Below, in pieces: positions 12,661-28,461 of a stretch of 64,000 nt of DNA. The DNA lies in the NCBI RefSeq assembly GCF_006345805.1, contig NC_042998.1:33108001-33172000 (forward strand). Reading direction: 5' to 3'. Below the pieces are notes generated by a model. The model was not told where the DNA came from. It made no database searches and worked only from the letters and a program-made list of their open reading frames with translations. Every line of letters starts with the position of its first letter. Position 1 is the first letter of the stretch. This DNA is from Octopus sinensis (lineage: Eukaryota). Made by a program: the position numbers and the translations under genes.

Positions 12661-13419
12661 TATGTGTAGATATCAGAGTTATTAATTATTCCTGTGGTCA
12701 CCAGACAACGTCGTCAATGATATGACAGGTTCAAATCCCTCTGGGATTCTCCCATATTCGTTCGTGTCGCTTCATTACTAATGTAAACATACAACTTGCG
12801 ATAAAGGAGCAGCATGGCTACCATCTCCTTCACCCTGTTCCACTTCATAGCAGTATCTGTCTCACTCCGACTCTGTTAACCGTTAACCACGCCATCGCGA
12901 CTGAAGAAGAATGAGGAGAGAAAAATGCTTCAATGAACAGAACATGTCAAACTGCCAGTTGTCAGGGTTATATCAGATTGCTCAGAGATTAAATTTCTCT
13001 CAGACGCTATCCGCATGGAAAAAGGAATTAAGTTTACGTTAACATATTTCAATTTAAACGATGTTAGTCAACGATAATATTGTTTAAATTCATCGAACAA
13101 TATGTTCAGATAATCTTTTGAAGCTTCTTATATTAAATATGTTAACACTAAGACTATCTTTCAGCTGTCAACTTGCCTGCCAACAAAGATCGTATTTTTC
13201 CTTCTAAAAACGAAAATTAGTTATTTTCTTTGAAATTCCCCTCTCAGTCAGAGAAGGAATATAAAAACGCTAGCTATTGTCGTTAAGCTCACTCAAAGAA
13301 AATGGAAGATAATTTCAGGAAACTAAGAAATGATTTTACAAAATCGATTTAATAGATTATGGGAAACCTCTTCTTTGTTTGCAAGCAAGGGGATAAGACT
13401 ATTAATATGCTTCGTCTTA

Positions 13420-13560
13420 CAGGGTGTCATCGGATAGTATAACTTACTCAAAATTACTTCCAATATTTTGATGGAGATTTACAGTTAGAAAAAGAATAAT
13501 GAAAATTATTTTCCTCCAAAAGCGTTCAATTAAAATTCGTGTACATTAATAAATTATATA
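13420..13560 (+). mobile_element. Isolated Tc1/maT-like terminal inverted repeat end
   Basis: TA|CAGGGTGTC at 13418-13428, same start as 8497; extent uncertain. Confidence 0.35.
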
Positions 13561-14525
13561 AATTAAGTTAGTACGGTTTTAAAAATCATTTCCCTTTCCT
13601 GTTGGAATCATTGCCAATTACTATGAAGTTAACGTTTTGCTTCTCCAAACAAAAAAAGGTAAATTTTAATTAATTGAGCTTTTTGGCGTCAGTCCTTAAT
13701 CGATTTACTTAAATTTACTTAAATCATGGGCCTACATGAGTTATTTTATTTTGGGGTATTCTTTTATCCGTGTAGTTTTTACTTGTTTCAGCCGTTAAAT
13801 AACTGTCATACTCGAGTACAGCCTTAAAATGTTCAGTCGAATAAATCGACTCCGGTGTTTATTATGTAGCCAAACAAACCAACATTTTTTGTCAAGCAGT
13901 TGAGCAAGAAACTCAAAAATGGACACACACATACATAGGTATATATAGACACGGATTCATGCATACATGCATACGCACACATGTGTATGCGTACGATGGG
14001 TTTGCAGATATGATACTTTCTGTCTAACCAATACGCTAACCAGGCATTGGTCAGCCCGAAGGTTACAGGAACAGACATCTGCTTTATGGTGCCACACATT
14101 GGAACGGAACTAGTTACGAAGTGGGCTAAACTTTTCATAACTAGATTTTCTTTGTTAAACTCTTGTCAAATAATAAAAGCAGTGATGAAACTATACTACA
14201 CTAATGAGACAAAACAAGATCAAAACTTATTCGTAGTTCTCTGGTTGCCAGCAAACACACACTATATTTTCTCTTAACATAGAAATCATCTATGAGAGAT
14301 TTTCTTCAAATTATCACCCCCTCAGTCTGAGATATTATTTATTTGAAATTATCTCCCCTTCTGAGATTTGCCAGCAATTACCGCTAGGTTTAATTTCTCC
14401 AACTAGGAAGGTTGATACAATTAACTGCGAATGTTTTACATACAGCATGCACTACATCACACTTTAACTTATCTAAATTCATATCCTTGTGCACTTGAGT
14501 TATCACTGAGTTCATCTCATTTCTA

Positions 14526-14902
14526 CGAGTGGTGTTCATTAAAAATTTCCCTTCGCCCTCTACCGGTTATTACAGGAAACGGAGCTTGTACAGATATAAT
14601 TACACATGTCACTACATGTCACATTGTAAATTGCAGCTTTCCACTTGTATTCGTTTGTCTTTTACGGCTGCTGAAGCGGACTAAGGTGTTAGAATGGAGG
14701 CAGTTGATCAGGTTCTTATACTTGAAAGGTCATACACCAAAAGAGACTTTCGATGAGATGAAAGAAGTTTATGGTGACGACGTAGTCAAGCACTGGCATC
14801 GCCAGTTCAAATGTGGTCGGACATCGGTGGAGACTGCTCCTATTCCTGGACGACCACAATCCGCTATTGATGACGACACCATCCATAAAGTGGAAGCTGC
14901 CA
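14526..14902 (+). mobile_element. Mariner 5' remnant: left TIR plus N-terminal HTH of transposase
   Basis: ta|cgagtggtgttcattaaa TIR; EWRQLIRFLYLKGHTPKETFDEMKEVYGDD..VKHWHRQFKCGRTSVETAPIPGRP. Confidence 0.85.
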
Positions 14903-14919
14903 ATTTACCGTCGAGTCAG

Positions 14920-15115
14920 CAGAATAGTTACTACGCCGGACAAAATTCCTTATGACATTTCTTCCGGCTTTACATTCTAAGTTCAAATTCCGCAGAAGTT
15001 GACTGTACAGTTCGTCCTTTCGTGATCGATAAAATAAGTACCAGTCAAGCAATGGGGTCGCAGTAAACGATTATCCTCCCCGCCCTCCAAATTATTGGCT
15101 TTGTGCCAATAATAG
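14920..15115 (+). mobile_element. Old SINE-A-like copy
   Basis: ttctaagttcaaattccgcagaagttgac...cctttcgtgatcgataaaataagtaccag. Confidence 0.6.
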
Positions 15116-15145
15116 AAATGTGCAGATAATAGAAATAATAGATGG

Positions 15146-15193
15146 TGGCGGCAGCAGCAGATGCAGTAGCAGCAACAGCAGCAGCAGCAGTAT

Positions 15194-15248
<55 letters not shown>
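15146..15248. repeat. (GCA)n/(GTA)n tract
   Basis: Direct inspection. Confidence 0.9.
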
Positions 15249-15250
<2 letters not shown>

Positions 15251-15411
15251 AAATCATTGTTATTGTTGAGCTGCAGGTCAATCCCGGTGGACACTTAAGA
15301 CCTGTGATCATAAGCATTCCAGCTATGTCACTTCCATCTTTTTTTTTTCTTTCTAGGGCAACATTAGCAAACAAGTTCTTCCATTTCTAAGACAGTAGAT
15401 TGTGGGTTGAA

Positions 15412-16002
15412 AAGGCGGCGAGTTGGCAGAATCGTTAGCACGCCGGGCGAAACGCTTAGCGGTATTTCGTCCGCCGCTACGTTCTGAGTTCAAATTCCGC
15501 CGAGGTCGACTTTGCTTTTCATCCTTTCGGGGTCGATAAATTAAGGACCAGTTATGCACTGGGGTCGATATAATCGACTTAATCCGTTTGTCTGTCCTTG
15601 TTTGTCCCTTCTGTGTTTAGCCCCTTGTGGATAGTAAAGAAATAGGTATTTCGTCTGCCGCTACGTTCTGAGTTTATATTCCGCTGAGGTCGATGTTGCC
15701 TTTCATCCTTTCGGGGTCGACAAATTAAGGACCAGTTACGCACTGGGGTCGATGTAATCGACTTAATCCGTTTATCTGTCCTTGTTTGTCCCTTCTGTGT
15801 TTAGCCCCTTGTGGATAGTAAAGAAATAGGTATTTCGTCTGCCGCTACGTTCTGAGTTCAAATTCCGCCGAGGTCGATGTTGCCTTTCATCCTTTCGGGG
15901 TCGATAAATTAAGGACCAGTTACGCAGTGGGGTCGATATAATCGACTTAATCCGTTTGTCTGTCCTCTGTGTGTTTAGCCCCTTGTGGGTAGTAAAGAAA
16001 TA
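15412..16002 (+). mobile_element. SINE-A trimer: head-(body-tail1)x3
   Basis: Two gaaataggtatttc junctions; 16-bp TSD tagattgtgggttgaa (15396-15411) / taggttgtggattgaa (16001-16016). Confidence 0.9.
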
Positions 16003-16526
16003 GGTTGTGGATTGAAGTTAGATAAGCAGCCAAACCGTCACTCTTTATTAGTAGTGGGTTTTAAGTTGTCTGGAAATCAGGCAGATTCAAATTTGAATGC
16101 AGAAGAATGCTGTATAGTTTCTGTATACACGAACGTAGCATGTGTATACGTTTGAGCAATACAATAAACTGCTGGTATGTAGAGTGATGCTATACGGTGC
16201 ACTGAAAGTATGCAATGTTGTTGTTCTTGGAACAGTTCCAATAAAACTTTTGGTTTTCTTTTCTTAATTTTTATAATCGGTTGTTACTCTTTCACTGAAA
16301 GTAGCAGTATTTTTCAAATATGCCCTCCTCCAAGAAGCATTAATTGAAGCAACAATTTTCATGTCTAGTGGGTGTAGCCAAATTTACTTAGGTATTTATA
16401 GATAAAACCATACAACTAAATAGTTCTCGGTGTTGTAAAACAAGGAAATACTCGTCAATATTTACATTTTACAATGTTGCTGCATCTTTCAGTTGCATCG
16501 TAACACTTACGCCGTAACTTATACAA

Positions 16527-17091
16527 TCTCTCTATATATAAAGCTGAAGTTGTCTGCGTATGGCAGGTTTGGCAGCCTTCAACTAACACTATCTCCTCCG
16601 AGACCCTGCGACGCAAGTTGACCAAAACTGAGAGTATGATAGAAGAAGGCTTGCTCTTCCTTCCGTAGAAGAAAAAATTCAAATCGGGCCATTACTGTTT
16701 TACAAAGTAAACAACAGCACAAATAACTACGCAGAGGCGGCCATGGTTGGAACAAGAACAAGAGCAATAATACAAAAGAAGCATGGTTATTCCTTAACCA
16801 AGTGACCTTATCTTATCGCCTGAATGGGGGAAAATGTTCAGACTTTAAAGCTCTATATCTTTTTAAAACATTTTTCTGGAAAAAGTGGAATAACTCCAGC
16901 AATTCAATTTGGGCAAGTATATTATTGTGCCAATGTCGGAGTGACCAGTGAACATCGAAGGATCAACACCAAGAAGGAAGAAATATTATTTACATATATT
17001 TATTCGTTTGCCCGACAGGTAGTTAGAACACGGAGAAGTTGCTGTCTGTCAGTAGAGAGGAAAAGAGTAAGGAATGCACGGTACTGACTAG
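16527..17091 (+). mobile_element. Probable non-autonomous Helitron
   Basis: Starts A|TCTCTCTATATATAAAGC (Helitron-like 5' end); gcacggtactgaCTAG at 17076-17091 resembles a 3' end but lacks a clear hairpin. Confidence 0.4.
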
Positions 17092-17630
17092 AAAGAGTAA
17101 AAGTAGTTCTGCTCTGATTTATGGAGCCTCGCGCCGCCCTAGGGGGTCGGGCATCATGTGTGGACAAGCGGGTCTCCAGACGGGGTCCTATGCGGTACCA
17201 CACCACTGTTAGCCATAGCCATACCGGGGTAGCAATCAAAGGGTTCCGACTCTCGCAGGGAAAATACTAGAGACGACTATCGATCCGCAGCCGTTCATGG
17301 AGCCGTGCGTTCATGATTTCATTACTGGGGTCCGGAACTCTCGTTGGAAAAAAAATTTGCGGCCCGGGCAATCAACTTGACTGGATGATGCCTCGAAAAA
17401 AAATTTTTTTTAAAGAAGGAAGTTACAATACGATGCGATTATAGAAATACTTAACTGCCATTTCTAGCAGTCCTAGCGTCAGACCACATCGAGGGTTACA
17501 TACATTACGTGCTGCCAGTGCTTCTCAGAGTAGGTTGGCATCAATTACTGGCTGCAGCAGTTCTGATGGTGAATGTAGTAGCTGCGGGTTTCTGCAGCCT
17601 TATAAAAAGTATTATTGGTAGTGCTGCTGC

Positions 17631-17671
<41 letters not shown>

Positions 17672-17982
17672 CCAGTGAAGGTGGAGGAAATAATGGCCAT
17701 GTTGCTTCCGCTGCGGATACTCTACGAAGTAGATGTGACAGCGCTGACTCCAAATCATGGGAATGTCACATTTGTGAAATATCTTGATTGGGTTTAACCC
17801 TGCATATCACGGAATTGTGACATGGTCTGTTCTAATCCGCCCAAATACGTGCAGGGCTCAACATCTCTTGGAGGGAGTGCCAAACAAAACAACGGTTATG
17901 GGAATGTGCCAACTTTCTCATCAACCATCTAAGAGCGTGCCCTTTCTTCTCTCCCTGTCCGTTTTTTCTTTCTCTCCCTCCA

Positions 17983-18019
<37 letters not shown>

Positions 18020-18029
18020 TTAAAAAATT

Positions 18030-18237
18030 TTCTTTGCTCATTTCAGTTGTCTTGAGTGTGGCCATGTTGGAGCACCGCCTTTAGTCGAACGAATCGACCC
18101 CCGGACTTATTCTTTGTAAAAGCCTAGTACTTATTCTTTCGGCCTCTTTTGTCAAACGGCTAAGTTATGGGGACATAAACACACCAACTTCGGTGCCAAG
18201 CTATAGTGGGGGGGATAAACAAAGACACACAAATACA

Positions 18238-18328
<91 letters not shown>

Positions 18329-18365
18329 ATATATATATATATATATAATATATATATATACATAC

Positions 18366-18400
<35 letters not shown>

Positions 18401-18586
18401 TATATATAAATATATTATATACGATGGACTTCTTCCAGTTTCCGTCTACCGAATCCCCTCACAAAGCTTTGGTCGAGCCGAGGCTATAGTAAAAGCCACT
18501 TGCCGAAGGTGCCACGCAGTCGGACTGAACCCGGAACCATGTGGTTGGTAAACAAGCTACTTACCACACAGTCACACTTGCGCCTA
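18030..18586 (-). mobile_element. SINE-B with expanded (~190 bp) internal microsatellite
   Basis: Both halves of the family present around a TA/CATA tract. Confidence 0.85.
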
Positions 18587-18594
18587 TCTATCTA

Positions 18595-18688
<94 letters not shown>

Positions 18689-18859
18689 CTCGACGATGGA
18701 AAAATTCGGAGCAGTGGACTTCAAACTTTCTTTTGCTCGTGCTCGTAGCTTTCTACAAGTCAACATCGACTTTTTCTGTCTCTAGAAAGTCGATTCTAAA
18801 TTGCACTCCGAATTTTTCCATCGTCTAAACTTTAAAAAATCCCTCAATGTTGGTTTCAT

Positions 18860-19920
<1,061 letters not shown>

Positions 19921-20517
19921 ATTTATATATATGGTAGGTGTGTATACACATGCGCACACATACATAAGCGGGTATATGGTAACGAAGGCTACACGCTTGT
20001 GTATTAAAATTTCATGCACACACCTACTCCATGAGAGCAAGTTTAAACACACACACACACACACTCGGTTTAAAGAACTTTATTAACCGGGATTCGTATT
20101 TACCGTACACTTTTGTGTGTGTGTGTGAGGCAAAGAGAGAGAGGCGGGAGGATTGGGGTGAGGATAGGGAAAAATTCTTCCCTCGAACATTTTAATGAGA
20201 GAAAGAAACGATGCGTGAAACAAGCTTGAGAAGGCAACAGCTTTGAGAAATATGGAGAAATCAGGCTACAGAAATGGTTACAGAATGAGTAAGATAATAA
20301 AAGCGAAAACGGATGTCGTTCGCATTTTTAGGATGGTAGGCTGTGATGCAGAGGATATTTCGCTGTTATTTCTAGCATTTCGAGTGTAACCCAAGGGCTT
20401 CCTGTTCTAGTTTTAATTTAACTTTTCAGTACAGAGATGTGTGTGTGTGAGAGAGTGTGTATGTTTCTATGGCTGTGTGTGCGTGTATGTGTATGTTTGT
20501 TTGTTTGTTTGTTTGTT

Positions 20518-20556
<39 letters not shown>

Positions 20557-20743
20557 CGTGCGTGTGCGTGTGTGCGTGTGGACTGGACAGTATCGTATTT
20601 GTTTTGTTGTGGCATTAAGAGGACTCGCTTTTGATCACAATCGTCCTCATGTCATCGTGTACAGAGATTGTCTGTTTTTCTGAATCAGTCCTTTGACAAT
20701 CCTTAAAACGACATCAAGTGATAATGAAATTAAGAGAAAATGT

Positions 20744-20910
20744 GTAGGCGCAGGCGTGGCTGCGTTGCAAAAACCTTGCTTTCCGACCACATGGTTCCGG
20801 ATTCAGTCCCATTGCATGGCACTTTAGAAATGTGTCTAAGTACAATAGCCACGGGTCGACCGAAGCCTTGTGAGTGAATTTGCTAGACAGAAACTGAAAG
20901 AAATCTGTCG

Positions 20911-20912
<2 letters not shown>
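20744..20912 (+). mobile_element. SINE-B 5' half
   Basis: gtaggcgcaggcgtggctg...gaaactgaaagaaatctgtcg(TA)n. Confidence 0.75.
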
Positions 20913-20942
<30 letters not shown>

Positions 20943-21368
20943 ATCCAAACAAGAAGACACAAAAAAACACAACAACGCGAGGATCTGGAACAATATAGTA
21001 TATATATATACAATTATTTATATGCACATACCACACACACACAACCACACACCACCCACACATTATATATATATATATATAATATATATATATATATTAT
21101 ATAATATATATGCACACACACACATGGTCCAGGGTTCAGTCCCCACTATGTCGCACCTTGGGCAAGTGACAAGCATCGAGCCGACCAAAGCCTTGTGAGT
21201 GGATCTGGTATATGAAAACTGAAAGAAGCCCTTCGTATATATATATATTATATATATATATAACATTTTACACTTAATTTCAAGTACTCCGCTATCAGCC
21301 CACAAACTACAGCTGAAATACACAGGATTATAAATTTTATAAATATATTTACTAGGAACAAATTACGA

Positions 21369-21437
<69 letters not shown>

Positions 21438-21443
<6 letters not shown>

Positions 21444-21638
21444 TGGTTTTATTTTTATAGTGTGCTTTCACTTCACTACCGAGCGCAGCTCTGTGTGCCT
21501 TGGGTATGTGCTGTGATTTGTTGTGATGCTCTGATGGTTATTGTTTGGAAAGTGTTCTGCGTAGGATGTGTGCAGTGCCTAGTAGTGCAATTTTCTGTAT
21601 GTTATATGTGTTTGTAAGTCCTGGTGTTTTTGTTATGT
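21438..21638 (-). mobile_element. R4/Dong-like LINE 3' end, 5'-truncated, in (AAT)n
   Basis: Reverse complement of 27003-27204; encodes IQKIALLGTAHIL; flanked by (ATT)n on both sides. Confidence 0.85.
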
Positions 21639-21667
21639 ATTATTATTATTATTATTATTATGATTAT

Positions 21668-21831
21668 TCAGGTCACTGCCTGGAATCGAAGTTGGAGTTT
21701 TGGGGTTAGTAGACCGCGCTCTTAACCACTACGCCATATGTCTGTGATGAAGGCTGGAGGGTATATCAGCCGAAACGTTGTGTGAACAACAGACAAGATG
21801 AGGGAAAATATCCGTCAAATGTAAATGATGT
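21668..21831. mobile_element. Palindromic tRNA-head/hammerhead element, copy 1 (internally deleted)
   Basis: Minus-strand tRNA-like head 21668-21740 joined through a decayed centre to plus-strand tgatgaaggctg...cagccgaaacgttgtg arm; C3 and stem I 5' strand lost. Confidence 0.8.
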
Positions 21832-22184
21832 CTTACGTTGTTTGAATGATTTGTGTGTGTAGGCAGGAAGACTGTGACTGCGACAAACTCTTTCGGTTTA
21901 ATGTTTGTGTTATTATGTGCTTCATTAATCCATCATTTTTTTGTGCTTATTGCCATGTAGTTTGTAATGTTAGTGTCTCTAATTTGTGTTTGTTGTTATT
22001 ATTGTGGTCTTCTTTTTCTTCTTCTTCTTCTTCTTCTTCTTCTTCTTCTGCTTCTTCTTCTTCTTCCAATCAGGTCTCACGCTTTTAGCCACAAAATGTA
22101 ATCTCTGCGATACAGAGGATTCGCAATCTAGACTAGGGTCTGAAAGTTTACCACACCATAGTGGGTTACACCATGGTTCCTCTG

Positions 22185-22384
22185 ATTTGTGGCAGAAGTA
22201 GGAGGAAAGAGTGAGAGAAAGTTGTGGCGAAAGAGTACAGCGGGGTTCACCCCTCCCAACCGGAGCCTCGTGGAGCTTCGGTGTTTTTGCTCAATAAATA
22301 CTCACAATGGCCGGTCGGGGAATCGAAACCGCATTCTTATGACCGCGAGTCCGCTACCCTTTCCACTGGGCCATGGCGCCTCCA
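22185..22384 (-). mobile_element. SINE-D (tRNA-headed)
   Basis: Minus strand tggcccagtgg A box and ggtttcgattcc B box; homologous to 46725-46903. Confidence 0.8.
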
Positions 22385-22678
22385 CTTGTTGCTGAGGTTG
22401 TTATGTTGGTAGTTGTGGTTGTGATTGTTGTTGTTGTGGTTACGTGTGTGGGATAGCCTGTGTGTCAGGTGTTAGAGGTGGTGGCGTCGATCCAGTGTTT
22501 ATTTTGGGTGTATTTTTTTTTGTTGGTTTAATTTTTTTATCTGTACTTCTTATGTGGATGAGTAATGTTGTTGTTTGTCCATATGTTTGTTGTTTTTTCT
22601 TCTGTCTCTTTTCCCTTTCTTAGTTTTCAACTTCCACTCCTCATCGCGGTCCGTCTCTCCACCCGTGATGTCCACCCG

Positions 22679-23560
22679 CTACGCATCGGGAAGTGGTGTA
22701 TCTTCAGGCGCTGAGAATTGTTTGGAGAAACTCGGAGTCGGTATGGTTGTTGGTGTTGATGTTGGTGCTGCCACGGCTGAATCTGCTGGTGGTGGTGCTG
22801 CTGCTGTCGCTAGAGTTCTGGTGGCTGTTGTAGGTATAGCGAGGGGAGATGCCCGTCTCTCATTTTCCTTTAATCTAGGGCAGAAGGCTTTTAAGTGATT
22901 AGTTGAAAAGCAAATGTGGCACTTTGCTTTCCTCCCATCTACCATGACTGGAATTATACTGCCTCCATGAAGAAGGATCAGGTCCGGGATGAGATCCACG
23001 TTCCTTTGAGTCGTTTGTATGATGAGTTCTATGGTCATCCCAGACCAGAACTCCTTTTTTGTTCTGAGAGGCTTCGAGGTTTTTCGAGTTTTCCTCGAGG
23101 TCTATCGTCACTGCAGCAATTAGCCAAGGAATAGCTATTTCTGGTGGCACTTGTTGAATGATGATTTTGGTCAGTCTCTGGCCGCGGTAGAAAGGAACCA
23201 ACAGCTCCTCGCAAAGAGTGGAATTTGGCTTCTTCTTCGGTGTGGAATCTCATGCCCACCATTCCATAGACCCGTCCTTTTTGTATATGTCCATTTAGAC
23301 TCCAGACGGAACCTAAAGATCTTTGTATTTGTGTCTCTGTGACTCTTCCCACCCTCCTTGATTTGAAAACGAATGCACGGTACGTCACTGTGCGGTGTAT
23401 CATATCCTGGATTGTCTCAGGTGGGCCATTTAGCTTTACCTCTCTCGACTAAGGTGTCTGGTATCTTTAAGTTCCTCTTCAGAGAATTGTATTCTCTGGA
23501 GAGATGACTTGGCCATTCCAGCGAAAGAAGGCTCAGAACCATTCCAAGCCGTTACACTGG
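22679..23560 (-). mobile_element. L1/Tx1-clade LINE ORF1 remnant (frameshifted); N/T-rich flanks may extend ~22385-24540
   Basis: VDGRKAKCHICFSTNHLKAFC zinc knuckle (CX2CX4HX4C); upstream RTVTYRAF and QQVPPEI segments in shifting frames. Confidence 0.7.
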
Positions 23561-23642
23561 TTTGTTACTCGCTTCCTTCGGTGATTTTATCATTGTTGTT
23601 GTTGCCGTTGTTGTCACCTTTACAATCGTTGTTGTTGTTGAT

Positions 23643-24265
23643 AAGGCGGTGAGTTGGCAGAAACGTTAGCACGCCGGGCGAAATGCTTAGCAGTATTTCG
23701 TCTGTCTTTACACTCTGAGTTCAAATTCTGCCGAGGTCGACTTTACCTTTCATCCTTTCGGGGTCGATAAATTAAGTACCAGTTGCGTACAGGAGTCGAT
23801 CTAATTGAACCCCCCCACCTCCAACAAAAAAAATAAATAAATTGCGGGCCTTGTGCCTAGAGTAGAAAAGAATATTTAAGGCGGTGAGCTGGAAGAATCG
23901 TTAACACGCCGGGCGAAATGCTTAGCGGTATTTCGTCTGCGTTACGTTCTGAGTTCAAATTCCGCCGAGGTCGACTTTGCCTTTCATCCTTTCGGGGTCG
24001 ATAAATTAAGTACCAGTTATGCACTGGGGTCGATGTAATTGACTTAATACCTATGTCTGTCTCCTCTATGTTTAGCCCCTTGTGGGTAATAAAGAAATAG
24101 GTATTTCGTCTGCCGTTACGTTCTGAGTTCAAATTCCGTCGAGGTCGACTTTGCCTTTCATCCTTTCGGAGTCGATGAATTAAGTACCAGTTGCGTACTG
24201 GGGTCAATCTAATATACTGACACCCTCCCCCTAAAATTGCGGGCCTTGTGCCTAGAGTAGAAAAG
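23643..24265 (+). mobile_element. SINE-A composite: head-body-tail2, head-body-tail1-body-tail2
   Basis: Family match; ttgttgttgttgat on both sides (23629-23642, 24268-24281), though within a microsatellite. Confidence 0.88.
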
Positions 24266-24829
24266 CATTGTTGTTGTTGATGGTGCTGCTGATGTTGATG
24301 TTGTTGCTGTTCCTTGTACTCGCACCGTCCGTTGCTTCGTTCACGAAATGGCTCTCATTGTTTACATTTACGAAATTGCCGTTTTTATTTCGCATAATGT
24401 TGTCGAAAACGGAACCGTTGTTTTTCCTGGCCCTGCTGTCTTTTTTTATTCTTTCTTTCAGCAAAAATACAGTTGTCGTCTATTTTTTTCTTTTAAGGCT
24501 TTTCCCACACTCGCACTCTCTCTATTGACATTTGGTGACGTTCCTCACTCTCTCCCTCTCTCCCTCTCACATATGAACGTCACTGTGTTTTGATGTATTT
24601 TCTCCATGTTGGTAGGGGAAATGTGAATAACTCTAACTGAAAGACAAAATCAATTAGCCTGTTCCCCAAAACTGGGAGACAAAACAGGAAAATAAACTCA
24701 CTGTTCGACAGTAATTAACCTGTTGTCCACGGTGGTACAAATTTAAAGGGTGCAAATACACTTTATGTTTTTTTTTTCATTATAAAATCCACGGAGCGAG
24801 GTCAAACGAAATTTGGCAGGCTGACGGCC

Positions 24830-25560
<731 letters not shown>

Positions 25561-25737
25561 ACAATTATCAATATTTCTTCATGGTGTCATCTGTTTTTCT
25601 CGTTATTTCTACGATAAAGTGGTATATGTTATTCGTGTTCTGTTACGCAGAATTTATCTGATACATTTACGAAGCGAATATCACAACCTATATCTACCTC
25701 TCTCATCACTCACCCCCATCTCTCCCACTCTCTCTGT

Positions 25738-25773
<36 letters not shown>

Positions 25774-25969
25774 AATCCCCCCTCTCTCTCTCCTTATCCT
25801 TCCCTGCTGAGATGGACGAAAACAAAGGAGTCTTGACAGAAACTGTCAGCCAATACAAGTGGGTTTTTTCTAATCACTTAAACAGGCCACAAGATGTCAA
25901 TAAACTGTCGATTCGTCGGTCAAAAACCTTTCGCTTTGAAATTGGGTTCAGCCGCTAGGAATCTTTGCT

Positions 25970-26090
25970 TTAATCCTCTCGCATTCAGATTACTCTGTCA
26001 ACTGTAATGCTTATTAATCCACATGGTTTGCGATTAATCACGCATTATCTCGTAGCTTCCAGATTTCGATGATGTGATTATTTTTTTTTT
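25970..26090 (+). mobile_element. Possible piggyBac-type MITE end
   Basis: ttaa-tcctctcgcattcagattactctgtc; resembles TTAA-CCC MITE ends from memory; partner end not found. Confidence 0.35.
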
Positions 26091-26179
26091 ACTTTTTATT
26101 GTTTACTTCTTTCAATCATTAGACTGCGGTCACGTTGGGGCACCGCCTTGAAGAATATTTTAGGCGAATTAATTAACCT

Positions 26180-26382
26180 CATTATTTACATTTGACGGAT
26201 ATTTGTCAACATCTTGTTTGTTATCAACACAATGTTTCAGCTGATATACCCTCCAGCCTTTATCAGGTATCTTGGGGAGATTTCAAACCTGGGTTCTCAT
26301 TCCTAAGGTATTTTTCGATGTTATATGCCCGTGGGCATATGGCGTAGTGGTTAAGAGCGCGGGCTACTAACCCCAAGATTCC

Positions 26383-26386
<4 letters not shown>
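26180..26386. mobile_element. Palindromic tRNA-head/hammerhead element, copy 2
   Basis: Minus-strand decayed hammerhead arm (26227-26270), centre atatgccc-gt-gggcatat (26323-26340), plus-strand tRNA-like head. Confidence 0.85.
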
Positions 26387-26446
<60 letters not shown>

Positions 26447-26450
26447 TAAT

Positions 26451-27304
<854 letters not shown>

Positions 27305-27649
27305 TAATAATAATGATGCATATGTGGACACAGGACGTCATGAAACGTGTACAACAACAAAAAATTACGAAGTACGAGTACATGGAACATGAATTATTCT
27401 TTCGAACAACGAAAGACACAAATGGAAAACAAAACAAACAATATGAAGAACGACTCTTCATCGGTTGTTGGCTGTTGTACGCTTTCGATAAAACAGTTGC
27501 TCCCGGAGGGTCAAAATAGGTAACACAAACAAAACAGTGAAAACAAACAGAAGGGCTACTAAGCCTAAACTAGGTTGTGGCGGCGAACGCATAAATCAAG
27601 CTTAGACAGGAGACAAACAAGAACACGTCTCCCTTGTTCCAGCTACAAC

Positions 27650-28461
<812 letters not shown>

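Noticed and set aside
7200-14902. Single mariner bounded by matching TIRs at 7626 and 14526
   Set aside because: The 3' piece lies upstream of the 5' piece with TIRs facing outward, so these are two separate fragments.
17120-17200. HDV-like ribozyme in the GC-rich stretch
   Set aside because: Could not assemble P1/P2/P3 pairings or the expected L3 motif by eye.
24252-24464. N-rich minus-strand ORF as a host exon
   Set aside because: After removing the SINE it runs into a stop and then Tx1-like ORF1; better explained as the LINE 5' region.
26333-26386. tRNA gene (apparent ACT anticodon); also the other SINE heads
   Set aside because: A and B boxes are present but the acceptor stem is not complete and each head is fused to repeat body sequence.
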